DNA from: Candidatus Electrothrix sp. GW3-4
Lineage (GTDB): Bacteria; Desulfobacterota; Desulfobulbia; Desulfobulbales; Desulfobulbaceae
Direction: 5' to 3'
Assembly: GCF_037902255.1 (NCBI RefSeq)
Contig: NZ_CP147990.1
Span: 2,040,001-2,072,000 of the forward strand
DNA length: 32,000 bases
The position numbers were made by a program, and so were the translations under genes. This document shows, piece after piece, positions 16,642 through 23,053 of the stretch (position 1 is its first letter; each line of letters opens with the position of its first letter). The notes below the pieces were generated by a model. The model did no database searches. It saw only the letters and a list, made by a program, of their open reading frames with translations, and had not been told where the DNA came from.

Positions 16642-16888
16642 GGATCAGCTCTCTTTCCTTTATCTGGCCGTTTTTATACTGCATGATAGATTTTGCCAAG
16701 TGTTCGGCATTAGCCGGTGTTTTGAGGAGATGAAAGGTTTCCATCAGGCTGTTGAAGACCTCCAGCGACATCACGACGGTATCCTCTCTGTCGCGCCTTG
16801 AGATGATTGTGTAATCGGCATCGTCGGTTACCCGATCCAATACCGCTTTCAGGTTGTTTCTTGCTTCGCTAAAATTGACTACTTTCAT
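16634..16888 (-). CDS. yefM: YefM/Phd-family antitoxin
   Basis: I placed the start at ATG 16886-16888 (MKVVNFSEARNNLKAVLDRVTDDADYTIISRRD...), which has a G-rich RBS upstream. The longer track ORF adds 17 implausible residues. Confidence 0.9.
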   Translation of the reverse strand: MKVVNFSEARNNLKAVLDRVTDDADYTIISRRDREDTVVMSLEVFNSLMETFHLLKTPANAEHLAKSIMQYKNGQIKERELIRE

Positions 16889-16914
16889 TACCGCCCCCAG
16901 ACTTGTTCTATTTA

Positions 16915-16922
16915 TTGTACAA
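16915..16922. promoter_or_regulatory. Candidate YefM-YoeB operator palindrome
   Basis: TTGTACAA lies about 30 nt upstream of the yefM start. The TGTACA core is the hexamer described for E. coli yefM-yoeB operators. Confidence 0.35.
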
Positions 16923-17003
16923 GTATAGCTCGGCAGCATGCAATTAGCAAATGAATAATCGTGACGGTGGACAGAGGGATCAGTTAAATGCGGATTTTTG
17001 TCG

Positions 17004-17206
17004 GGCCGGGTTGAATCGAGAGAGCCTGTTCAAGGCTCTTGCCGGAGAGGGTAATCCGAGATTTTCCACAGTCAGCGGGGACATCAAGACATTTTTTTTT
17101 GGGGGGGGACGACTGGCTGTTGCGTGAAGACGGGAAACAAAGGAGCCGGATGCTGTTTTTGCAACAATTCCAATTCTGGGATCAATCGAGTCCGACCCCA
17201 TTGACC
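17004..17206 (+). repeat. TA-island repeat, copy A (antitoxin 3' remnant plus conserved tail)
   Basis: It starts at GGCCGGG and encodes AGLNRESLFKALAGEGNPRFSTVSG...RLAVA* (stop 17125-17127). The remnant is disrupted by a T9G8 tract (17092-17108). The tail is GGGAAACAAAGGAGCCGGATGCTGTTTTTGCAACAATTCCAATTCTGG, followed by the hairpin GATCAAT-N13-ATTGACC (17180-17206). Confidence 0.9.
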
Positions 17207-17228
17207 TTCAGGAAGGAAGGAGAGTGCG

Positions 17229-17558
17229 CTACGTCGGTGCCGGAGTGCGAAATCCAGAACCTGCCATAGGTCGAATTTCCCGTTTTATCCTTTCTTCCGA
17301 AGCATCTTCGGCCATATCCAGCTCAAAGTCCATCTGGAGACCAAGCCAGAACTGGGGAGACATATCAAAGTATCTGGCCAGCCGCAGGGCCGTATCAGCA
17401 CTGACCCCTCTTCTGCCCAAAACAATTTCATTAATTCTTCTGGCCGGGACATGAAGTGCCAAGGCCAATTTATTCTGGCTCAGGCCCAGCGGTTTCAAGA
17501 ATTCCTCCTGGAGCACCTCACCCGGATGCAGGGGTGCTATTTTCTTTGTTCCCATCAT
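17229..17558 (-). CDS. higA: HigA-type antitoxin (XRE-family HTH)
   Basis: PLHPGEVLQEEFLKPLGLSQNKLALALHVPARRINEIVLGRRGVSADTALRLARYFDMSPQFWLGLQMDFEL is the canonical HigA/VapI HTH. Its start overlaps the higB stop (TAATG). Confidence 0.9.
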   Translation of the reverse strand: MMGTKKIAPLHPGEVLQEEFLKPLGLSQNKLALALHVPARRINEIVLGRRGVSADTALRLARYFDMSPQFWLGLQMDFELDMAEDASEERIKREIRPMAGSGFRTPAPT

Positions 17559-17845
17559 TACCCCCTGTGATAATCTACAATTTCCACATCAAACGCATCT
17601 TCGTTTTTCCATGTGAAGCAGATTCTCCACTGATCATTGATGCGAATTGAGTATTGACCTGCCCGTTCCCCTTTCAGTTTTTCGAGATGATTTGCAGGCG
17701 GAATGCGCAGGTCATTAATATGTTGCGACCTGTTTATCATGCGCAGTTTTCTGAAGGCGGATCTTTGGATATCATTCGGTATCTTTTTAGAATGCGACCG
17801 CTTGAAGATCTTTTCCGTTGCGCTGTTTTTGAATGATCGAATCAT
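17558..17845 (-). CDS. higB: HigB-type toxin (RelE/ParE superfamily killer protein)
   Basis: I placed the start at ATG 17843-17845 (MIRSFKNSATEKIF...). LEKLKGERAGQYSIRINDQWRICFTWKNEDAFDVEIVDYH is the HigB signature. Confidence 0.9.
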   Translation of the reverse strand: MIRSFKNSATEKIFKRSHSKKIPNDIQRSAFRKLRMINRSQHINDLRIPPANHLEKLKGERAGQYSIRINDQWRICFTWKNEDAFDVEIVDYHRG

Positions 17846-17918
17846 ACACTGTATGTTACAACGGGTAACGTTTAACGTCAATGGTTAAAGGGTTGGTGCG
17901 AATTTAACAGCGGTGGGT

Positions 17919-18047
17919 GGCCGGGCTAAACCGTGGGAGCTTGTACAAGGCTTTTGCCGGAGATGGTAATCCGAGATTTTCCACGGTCAGCAGGGGCAGC
18001 GTGAAAACGGGAAACAAAGGAGTTGGCCGCTATTTTTGCTACAATTC
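17919..18047 (+). repeat. TA-island repeat, copy B (internally deleted and 3'-truncated)
   Basis: It starts at GGCCGGG and encodes AGLNRGSLYKAFAGDGNPRFSTVSRG. About 30 bp are missing relative to copies C and D. Homology ends at ...TTTTTGCTACAATTC, where the vapC gene (18039-18443, minus strand) begins its 3' end. Confidence 0.85.
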
Positions 18048-18443
18048 AGCTACCTCAATGGTGCATTCCTTGGCAGTCCTGATCAATTTTTTATCCAAGG
18101 TCAAAAGAACAGCATTATTTCTTCGAGCTGCGATTAAGTACATAATGTCATACACACTGTGACCCACCAAGGTACATGACAGCTTGAAAGCCTCTCGAAA
18201 AAAGTCATGTTCATCAATAAAATCATCAGGAAGAGCAATAGCTTGTTCAAGGCCTCGCTCACAGTCCTGCAAAGAAAGGTCTGTCAACCGCTGATATTTC
18301 CAAAAAACATTCGTGACTTCCGAAACAAACAGAGTCGGCGCGACCACCCAGTCCGCCTCACTCAGATACCTACTCAACTGCCCTGCCATAGGGCGTTGCA
18401 GAACAACTTCCACTGCCGCACTTGCATCAAGGACAGCGATCAT
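18039..18443 (-). CDS. vapC: PIN-domain toxin (VapC family)
   Basis: MIAVLDASAAVEVVL... has the N-terminal acidic PIN signature. The protein is 134 aa. It has a 4-nt ATGA overlap with the upstream antitoxin gene. Confidence 0.85.
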   Translation of the reverse strand: MIAVLDASAAVEVVLQRPMAGQLSRYLSEADWVVAPTLFVSEVTNVFWKYQRLTDLSLQDCERGLEQAIALPDDFIDEHDFFREAFKLSCTLVGHSVYDIMYLIAARRNNAVLLTLDKKLIRTAKECTIEVAEL

Positions 18444-18691
18444 CGCTCACGATCCTCCCTGACAAGTTGAACAGGATCCACAGATGCCATTTTTTTGCCT
18501 ACAAAGCATGTTTGCTCAGCAATTGTCTGAAGCAATTTTCTCCTGCGATCTTTATGGGAAACAGCGGTCTCCATACCTCTTGCCAAGGTAACGACAGCCT
18601 CCTGGGCAAGACTGCGATGTTCCGCTTTCGCCCTTTTTTGCAAACGATGATAAATATTAACCGGCAACTCTCTCACTTGTAAAGATGGCAT
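18440..18691 (-). CDS. vapB: RHH/Arc-type antitoxin (VapB/FitA-like)
   Basis: MPSLQVRELPVNIYHRLQKRAKAEHRSLAQEAVVTL is a ribbon-helix-helix N-terminus typical of PIN-partner antitoxins. The gene is translationally coupled to the PIN gene. Confidence 0.75.
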   Translation of the reverse strand: MPSLQVRELPVNIYHRLQKRAKAEHRSLAQEAVVTLARGMETAVSHKDRRRKLLQTIAEQTCFVGKKMASVDPVQLVREDRER

Positions 18692-18846
18692 GGCACTTCT
18701 CCCTAAAGATGTATTTTCAACCTGTTATTTAAACCTCTTTTGAGAATAATGCATTTTTCATCATTACGCAAGCAGCTGTGCCTTTTATTCTAATGGAGTC
18801 TGGGTCTGTGCGAACTTTCGGGGGATGCACAATTGGATCTGTTTAA

Positions 18847-19020
18847 AGACCGGCGGGTTTTGATCCGAACTCGGTGCTGAAAAAAAGCACTAAGGTGGCG
18901 AGAAAGGCCGGGTTGAATCGTGAGAGCCTGTACAAGGCTCTTGCCGGAGAGGGTAATCCGAGATTTTCCACGGTCAGCAGGGGTATCAAGGGCTTGGGGT
19001 GCCGACTGGCTGTGGTGTGA
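18847..19020 (+). pseudogene. 5'-truncated remnant of a HigA-family (addiction module antidote, HTH) antitoxin gene; longest surviving copy
   Basis: The in-frame translation is RPAGFDPNSVLKKSTKVARKAGLNRESLYKALAGEGNPRFSTVSRGIKGLGCRLAVV*. This matches the C-terminal GLxRESLYKALSxxGNPxxxTxxxVxxALGxRLxV pattern of that antitoxin family. No start codon or N-terminal half is present, and a TAA sits immediately upstream. Confidence 0.7.
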
Positions 19021-19099
19021 AGACGGGAAAGAAAGGAGCCGGATGCTCTTTTTGCAACAATTACAATTGTGAGATCAATCGAGTCCGACCCCATTGATC
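18906..19099 (+). repeat. TA-island repeat, copy C
   Basis: Full-length copy. It runs from GGCCGGG through the tail GGGAAAGAAAGGAGCCGGATGCTCTTTTTGCAACAATTACAATTGTGA and the perfect hairpin GATCAAT-N13-ATTGATC (19073-19099). Confidence 0.9.
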
Positions 19100-19128
19100 A
19101 AGCAGATCCTCCACTGATCATTGATGCG
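19100..19128 (-). pseudogene. 29-nt fragment of a higB-like toxin gene
   Basis: AAGCAGATCCTCCACTGATCATTGATGCG matches 17616-17644 inside the intact higB at 28 of 29 positions. It encodes RINDQWRIC on the minus strand. It is fused directly to the end of repeat copy C and overlaps the stop of the PIN gene. Confidence 0.7.
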
Positions 19129-19534
19129 GAATGACCTCCAACATGGAACCGTCCGAAAGGCGATAGATATAAAAATCACTATCAATGGTAAAAATATGTT
19201 TTATTTTAGCATATTCTGCCAAGGCGACCAAGGATGAATCAGCCAGATCCATCGGCGTATCCTGATATCTTTTCATCAACTTATGCATTGTCTTGGTCTC
19301 TGAAAGGGTCGGCTCATGAAGTTCCAGCTTCATCTCCTCTACTAACTTCCAAAGAACAGCCTGATAACGATAGCCGCCGACCGCTCCGAGAAGATGCATG
19401 GCCTCGGTAAAGCACGGCCATGTTGTCAGCATGGGTTCAGCAGGCAAGGTCTTCACGGTATCAACACAACGTCTATGATGATTGTCCCTTTTATCAAGCA
19501 GCGCAATAAGCGGCCCGGTATCGGTCAATATCAT
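19118..19534 (-). CDS. vapC: PIN-domain toxin (VapC family)
   Basis: MILTDTGPLIALLDKRDNHH...DLADSSLVALAE...IFTIDSDF shows the conserved acidic PIN residues. It has a 4-nt overlap with the upstream gene. Confidence 0.85.
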   Translation of the reverse strand: MILTDTGPLIALLDKRDNHHRRCVDTVKTLPAEPMLTTWPCFTEAMHLLGAVGGYRYQAVLWKLVEEMKLELHEPTLSETKTMHKLMKRYQDTPMDLADSSLVALAEYAKIKHIFTIDSDFYIYRLSDGSMLEVIPHQ

Positions 19535-19821
19535 ATTTTTCCCTGTCGACGTTTTGCCGCAAGGATATCAGCAAATCTTTTTCCGGTATTTGCGGACATC
19601 TGCGCACCACCCGGAACAACTTCTCCGCTGTCGATGGTGCCGATATCTCCTTGCAACATATCAGCCAAACTGTTCATCCCGGAATCTTCCTGTTTTTTTC
19701 TCTCTTTTTGAAAGAAACATTCCCGAAGTGTTTTCAGGACAATTGACTCGACAGTCGCTCCCTGTTTCCTGGCCACCCGAATTAATACCTGCTCAATTTC
19801 CGGCGTTAAAGTTATATTCAC
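19531..19821 (-). CDS. Putative antitoxin partner of the PIN toxin
   Basis: 96-aa ORF with a GTG start, preceded by GAGGA 6 nt upstream. It overlaps the PIN gene start by 4 nt. The call rests on position and size only. Confidence 0.6.
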   Translation of the reverse strand: MNITLTPEIEQVLIRVARKQGATVESIVLKTLRECFFQKERKKQEDSGMNSLADMLQGDIGTIDSGEVVPGGAQMSANTGKRFADILAAKRRQGKI

Positions 19822-19961
19822 AAAAAATCCTCGCTATATTTGGCACTGTTATTTTTTGCAGCAGGGTGATGGCCTGACCGCATACCACCCAACAGTTTGT
19901 TCTCTGCTGTTATGCTGCCATATTTATCTGTATGATGCAAGGTCGTTTCTGTTCAGGAGGA

Positions 19962-20149
19962 GGCCGGGCAGAATAGTGAAAGCCTGTACAAGGCTCTTGC
20001 CGGAGAGGGTAATCCGCGATTTTCCACGGTCAGCAGGGTCATCAAGGCATTGGGGTGCCGACTGGCTGTTGCGTGAAAACGGTAAGCAAAGGAGCCGGAT
20101 GCTGTTTTTGCAGCAATTCCGGGGTCAATCAAGTCCGCCTCCATTGATC
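19962..20149 (+). repeat. TA-island repeat, copy D
   Basis: It starts at GGCCGGG and encodes AGQNSESLYKALAGEGNPRFSTVSRVIKALGCRLAVA* (stop 20074-20076). The tail has one CAATTC unit deleted. The hairpin is GTCAAT-N13-ATTGATC. Confidence 0.9.
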
Positions 20150-20286
20150 TTACTCCGCCCCCTATTATTTCAGGGTGAATGCAGTAGCGGCTGAGGCAAA
20201 GAAGAAAAATCTTGACGGATACCCTGATTGCAGCTAGCCTGTCTAGGTAGAAGGTGTTAGAAAAATAACTGCAAGGAGAACAATAT

Positions 20287-20547
20287 ATGATAAGAAGAAC
20301 AACTTGGGCACTTCAGGATGCCAAAAACAAATTCAGTCGAGTGGTTAATGAAGCACTCACGCACGGGCCGCAATATGTCAAGCGGCGAGGTGTTGATACC
20401 GTCGTTGTCCTGTCGGTCCGTGACTATGAGAAATTGACCTCGCAGAAACCATCGTTTACCGACTTTCTGTTGAGCATTCCAAAAATCGACAATTATACCG
20501 ATCCGTTTGAGAGGCAGCATGAATATCCGAGGGAACTTGATTTATGA
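20287..20547 (+). CDS. Phd/YefM-family antitoxin
   Basis: TWALQDAKNKFSRVVNEALTHGPQYVKRRGVDTVVVLSVRDYEKL is the Phd/YefM N-terminal fold signature. RBS AAGGAG lies upstream. It has a 4-nt overlap with the PIN gene. Confidence 0.85.
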   Translation: MIRRTTWALQDAKNKFSRVVNEALTHGPQYVKRRGVDTVVVLSVRDYEKLTSQKPSFTDFLLSIPKIDNYTDPFERQHEYPRELDL

Positions 20548-20966
20548 ACTATCTGCTGGACACATGCGTGATCTCCGAGCTGGTCAAACCTCGACCAAAT
20601 ACAGCGGTGACTGACTGGCTTGCCCGGACTCCTGCGGACCGCCTGTTCCTGAGTTCCCTCACAATAGGAGAGTTGAAACGAGGTATTACGCGGCTACCTG
20701 AGTCAAAAAAGAAAAGCCACCTGATGATGTGGCTTGAGACGCTGCTGGCAGATTACGGTGACCGGATTCTTCCTGTTGATCGTGCTGTGGCTGAAGCATG
20801 GGGGATTATGCAAGCGCGGGCGGAGGATTCAGGACAGAGGATGTCGATTATTGACGGGTACATCGCCGCCACGGCATCAGCGTATCAGATGACTGTCGTG
20901 ACACGAAATGAAGGGGATTTTTCCCCGAGTCATCAGGCAATACTGAATCCTTGGAAAATGCTTTGA
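20544..20966 (+). CDS. vapC: PIN-domain toxin (VapC/FitB-like)
   Basis: MNYLLDTCVISELVKPRPN...LSSLTIGELKRG...DGYIAATASAYQMTVVTRNEGDF is the canonical VapC motif set, including the C-terminal TRNxxDF. Confidence 0.9.
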   Translation: MNYLLDTCVISELVKPRPNTAVTDWLARTPADRLFLSSLTIGELKRGITRLPESKKKSHLMMWLETLLADYGDRILPVDRAVAEAWGIMQARAEDSGQRMSIIDGYIAATASAYQMTVVTRNEGDFSPSHQAILNPWKML

Positions 20967-21045
20967 AGCTGCTTGGAAGCTCTGTTGATGGCTGTTCTCA
21001 CTCTGGATAAACATTTTCGGCATCTTCCGGTTGGATGCGTGAAGT

Positions 21046-21516
21046 TCAGGTGAGAAGGTAATCCTGCTGGAGTCCCCGGTCGAATAAAAACGAAAACGTG
21101 GTCTGTCCCCTATTTACTTCTACAGGGATGGTAAATATCCCTGTAGCAATCAGGCAGAAAAGGCCCATCGCCAGGGAACCAATTAATATAACTGGGAAAT
21201 CTTCGAGGAGGAACCATAAGCCTTCCTTGAAAACCCCTATTGTAACCGCCATGAACATTAATGAGAAGGAATGAACAAAGTGCATCGCAACACCGACAAT
21301 ACATCCTGCCCATACAGTTCGGCGTGCCCGATTTTCATCTCTCCCGGCAACCAGTCTGCCCCATGTTAAATATCCTGTAATAAAAGCGGATATTCCATAA
21401 GATAAAGGCCACCCACCGTTGTATCCACCTAAGAAGATAAACATAAGTGATATTGTTAGCAGGAAGCAAACAAGAGCAAATAGACCTGCTTCCTTCCAGT
21501 GTTCTCTCGTTACCAT
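21046..21516 (-). CDS. Small integral membrane protein (about 4 TM segments), unknown function
   Basis: 156-aa ORF with four long hydrophobic stretches. I recognise no motif. Confidence 0.55.
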   Translation of the reverse strand: MVTREHWKEAGLFALVCFLLTISLMFIFLGGYNGGWPLSYGISAFITGYLTWGRLVAGRDENRARRTVWAGCIVGVAMHFVHSFSLMFMAVTIGVFKEGLWFLLEDFPVILIGSLAMGLFCLIATGIFTIPVEVNRGQTTFSFLFDRGLQQDYLLT

Positions 21517-21594
21517 ATGCGAATACTGTGTCTATTTATAGCAACTTACCGATGCAGCTATATTTTACTCTTCTCAATAGAGACATGATCAAAG

Positions 21595-21698
21595 AGTCAG
21601 CAGATTAACCGGGGTCTCGGCATAGTTATAGGTAGTGAAGATGGTACCGGACTGGCTACGCTCGGTGACCTCCGCCTTTCGCCGCGTCAGGAGGTGAA
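21595..21698 (-). pseudogene. Diverged duplicate of the 3' part of the formate dehydrogenase gene
   Basis: The region aligns by hand to 23322-23434 of fdhA. A 64-nt core is identical at 56 of 64 positions. The fragment encodes ...KAEVTERSQSGTIFTTYNYAETPVNLLTL*, compared with fdhA ...KAKITERSQPGTIFTTYNYEETPVNFLTLDAL.... There is no upstream coding continuation. Confidence 0.7.
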
Positions 21699-21713
21699 GC
21701 GTCCTGTTTTTCC

Positions 21714-21787
21714 GGGCAACAAAGGAGCCGGATGCTGTTTTTGCAACAATACCAATTATGGGATCAATCGACTCCGACCCCATTGAT
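21714..21787 (+). repeat. TA-island repeat, copy E (tail only)
   Basis: GGGCAACAAAGGAGCCGGATGCTGTTTTTGCAACAATACCAATTATGGGATCAATCGACTCCGACCCCATTGAT. The antitoxin-derived part is absent. The copy is joined on its left to the fdhA-like fragment. Confidence 0.85.
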
Positions 21788-21790
21788 TTC

Positions 21791-23053
21791 TTACCAAGGA
21801 AACCATTTAGTTCCAAGAGGTGGTAGGTTACATTTATCATAGCTTTGAACTAAAAAATACCAGTTTACAAGAATTACATATATAGCAAGAATTCCTTTTG
21901 TAAAAAGCATACTATGAATAAAAAAAGATATTTTTAGTGTTAGAGATCCAAAATGCCATTTTCTCGGGCATTGAGAAAGACAATTTTTTACACACCCACT
22001 AATACACCCCCCTTCATTATCCATTAATCGAAGTTGATTACCAGCATAAAGAAACAATATCCATGATATAATACTGCTTATGACCAAAGCTAATTGCCAA
22101 CGAGGAATTATTTCAGGAGCAACGATAAGTTCAATATGCTTTAATGGTCCCTCAGAAAGATGTGTTAATTTTTCATAAAAAAAAGACATCAAATAAATTT
22201 TCAAGGAGAAGCATATTAATATAACTGATGAATATATAAGTGTAATAATACTAGTGTCACTTTTTCTGATGGAAGTGAGTTGGTTTTTCAAATTTAGATT
22301 ACCTGGAAAGGTATAATTAATAAGCCACAGAAGAGGGCTATATAATAAAGCTGTGCTTTTTAATGACCACCTGTAAATAAGCGAAGGAAAATATACTAAA
22401 AATAGTAAAAAAACGGTGTATATGAAATGTAAATTTGATGTTTCTTGGTAGAAATCAAAACTCGAAAATTTTAAATCACTCCACTCTCCTTGATAATCAA
22501 TACTTTCTATGCCAGGAACTGGTTCTGGTGGGTGAGCAAAATCGATACAAAGAACTTGCTTCTTCCAATTCCTTGGAATTGATTTTATACAATCTAAAGG
22601 ATTTAATACAATCTGCACAACAATAGAATAACATCTCGATATTAATACAATTAACGGAAGTAAAATAAGAGATAAAGGGGAAAGATACAATACCTGCCTT
22701 TCTGAAATGTCAAATTTCAAAAAAAAGTTTCTTAATTTTAAAGTCAATTTGTCTAATGTTAAAAGTCCTAGTTTAACAGAGTTATCTGTTCTCAACAACA
22801 ACATCGGTGCAAATATTAATCCTAGTGCTACATGAATAAATACACCGTCAAGTATAAGAGCCAATGAAATAAAAAATAATATTATTGTCTCAATAATAGC
22901 AAGAATTGTAACCTGATTATCATTAAATGTTTTGGGAGAAGAATAAAGAATCTTAGTCTTTCGTTGAAATCCATACGCCTCAGCGTAATACCGAAATGGT
23001 CTCAAAAAAACTATTTCAAGCGACTTGCTCAACCCAGAATCTGGCTTAATCAT
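21791..23053 (-). CDS. Polytopic membrane protein (about 8-10 TM segments), ORFan in a very AT-rich segment
   Basis: 420-aa uninterrupted ORF despite roughly 30% GC, where random stops are frequent. It has many long hydrophobic segments rich in I, L and F. I recognise no motif. The stop lies 3 nt from repeat copy E. Confidence 0.65.
   Translation of the reverse strand: MIKPDSGLSKSLEIVFLRPFRYYAEAYGFQRKTKILYSSPKTFNDNQVTILAIIETIILFFISLALILDGVFIHVALGLIFAPMLLLRTDNSVKLGLLTLDKLTLKLRNFFLKFDISERQVLYLSPLSLILLPLIVLISRCYSIVVQIVLNPLDCIKSIPRNWKKQVLCIDFAHPPEPVPGIESIDYQGEWSDLKFSSFDFYQETSNLHFIYTVFLLFLVYFPSLIYRWSLKSTALLYSPLLWLINYTFPGNLNLKNQLTSIRKSDTSIITLIYSSVILICFSLKIYLMSFFYEKLTHLSEGPLKHIELIVAPEIIPRWQLALVISSIISWILFLYAGNQLRLMDNEGGCISGCVKNCLSQCPRKWHFGSLTLKISFFIHSMLFTKGILAIYVILVNWYFLVQSYDKCNLPPLGTKWFPW

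Noticed and set aside
17178-17206. tRNA-like or T-arm-like sequence (GGGATCAATCGAGTCCGACCCCA) in the repeat tail, as a possible tRNA-derived att site.
   Set aside because: Only a 3-bp GGA/TCC pairing flanks the would-be T-loop. There is no acceptor or anticodon structure, and the loop does not match the GTTCRANYC consensus.
16980-21790. Interpretation of the repeat-punctuated TA array as a classical integron cassette array or CALIN (attC sites).
   Set aside because: - No intI gene is in the window.
- The repeats are highly similar in primary sequence, whereas attC sites conserve structure rather than sequence.
- They are largely derived from a coding sequence.
- The only GTTRRRY-like match (GTTGAAT) sits at the 5' edge of the repeat rather than at the 3' crossover position, and there is no paired RYYYAAC box.

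The cassette-like logic is kept as a hypothesis. The integron label is not.
16980-21790. CRISPR array.
   Set aside because: The repeats are about 190 bp and imperfect. They are separated by 0.7-1.5 kb segments containing complete genes. No cas genes are present.
16980-21840. Minus-strand ORFs starting MGSDSIDP.../MEADLIDP... inside each repeat copy (16980-17201, 18843-19094, 19953-20144, 21589-21840).
   Set aside because: They are antisense to the recognisable antitoxin remnant. They differ between copies by indels that shift the frame, have different C-termini, and lack an RBS. Their apparent conservation is explained by conservation of the DNA repeat itself.
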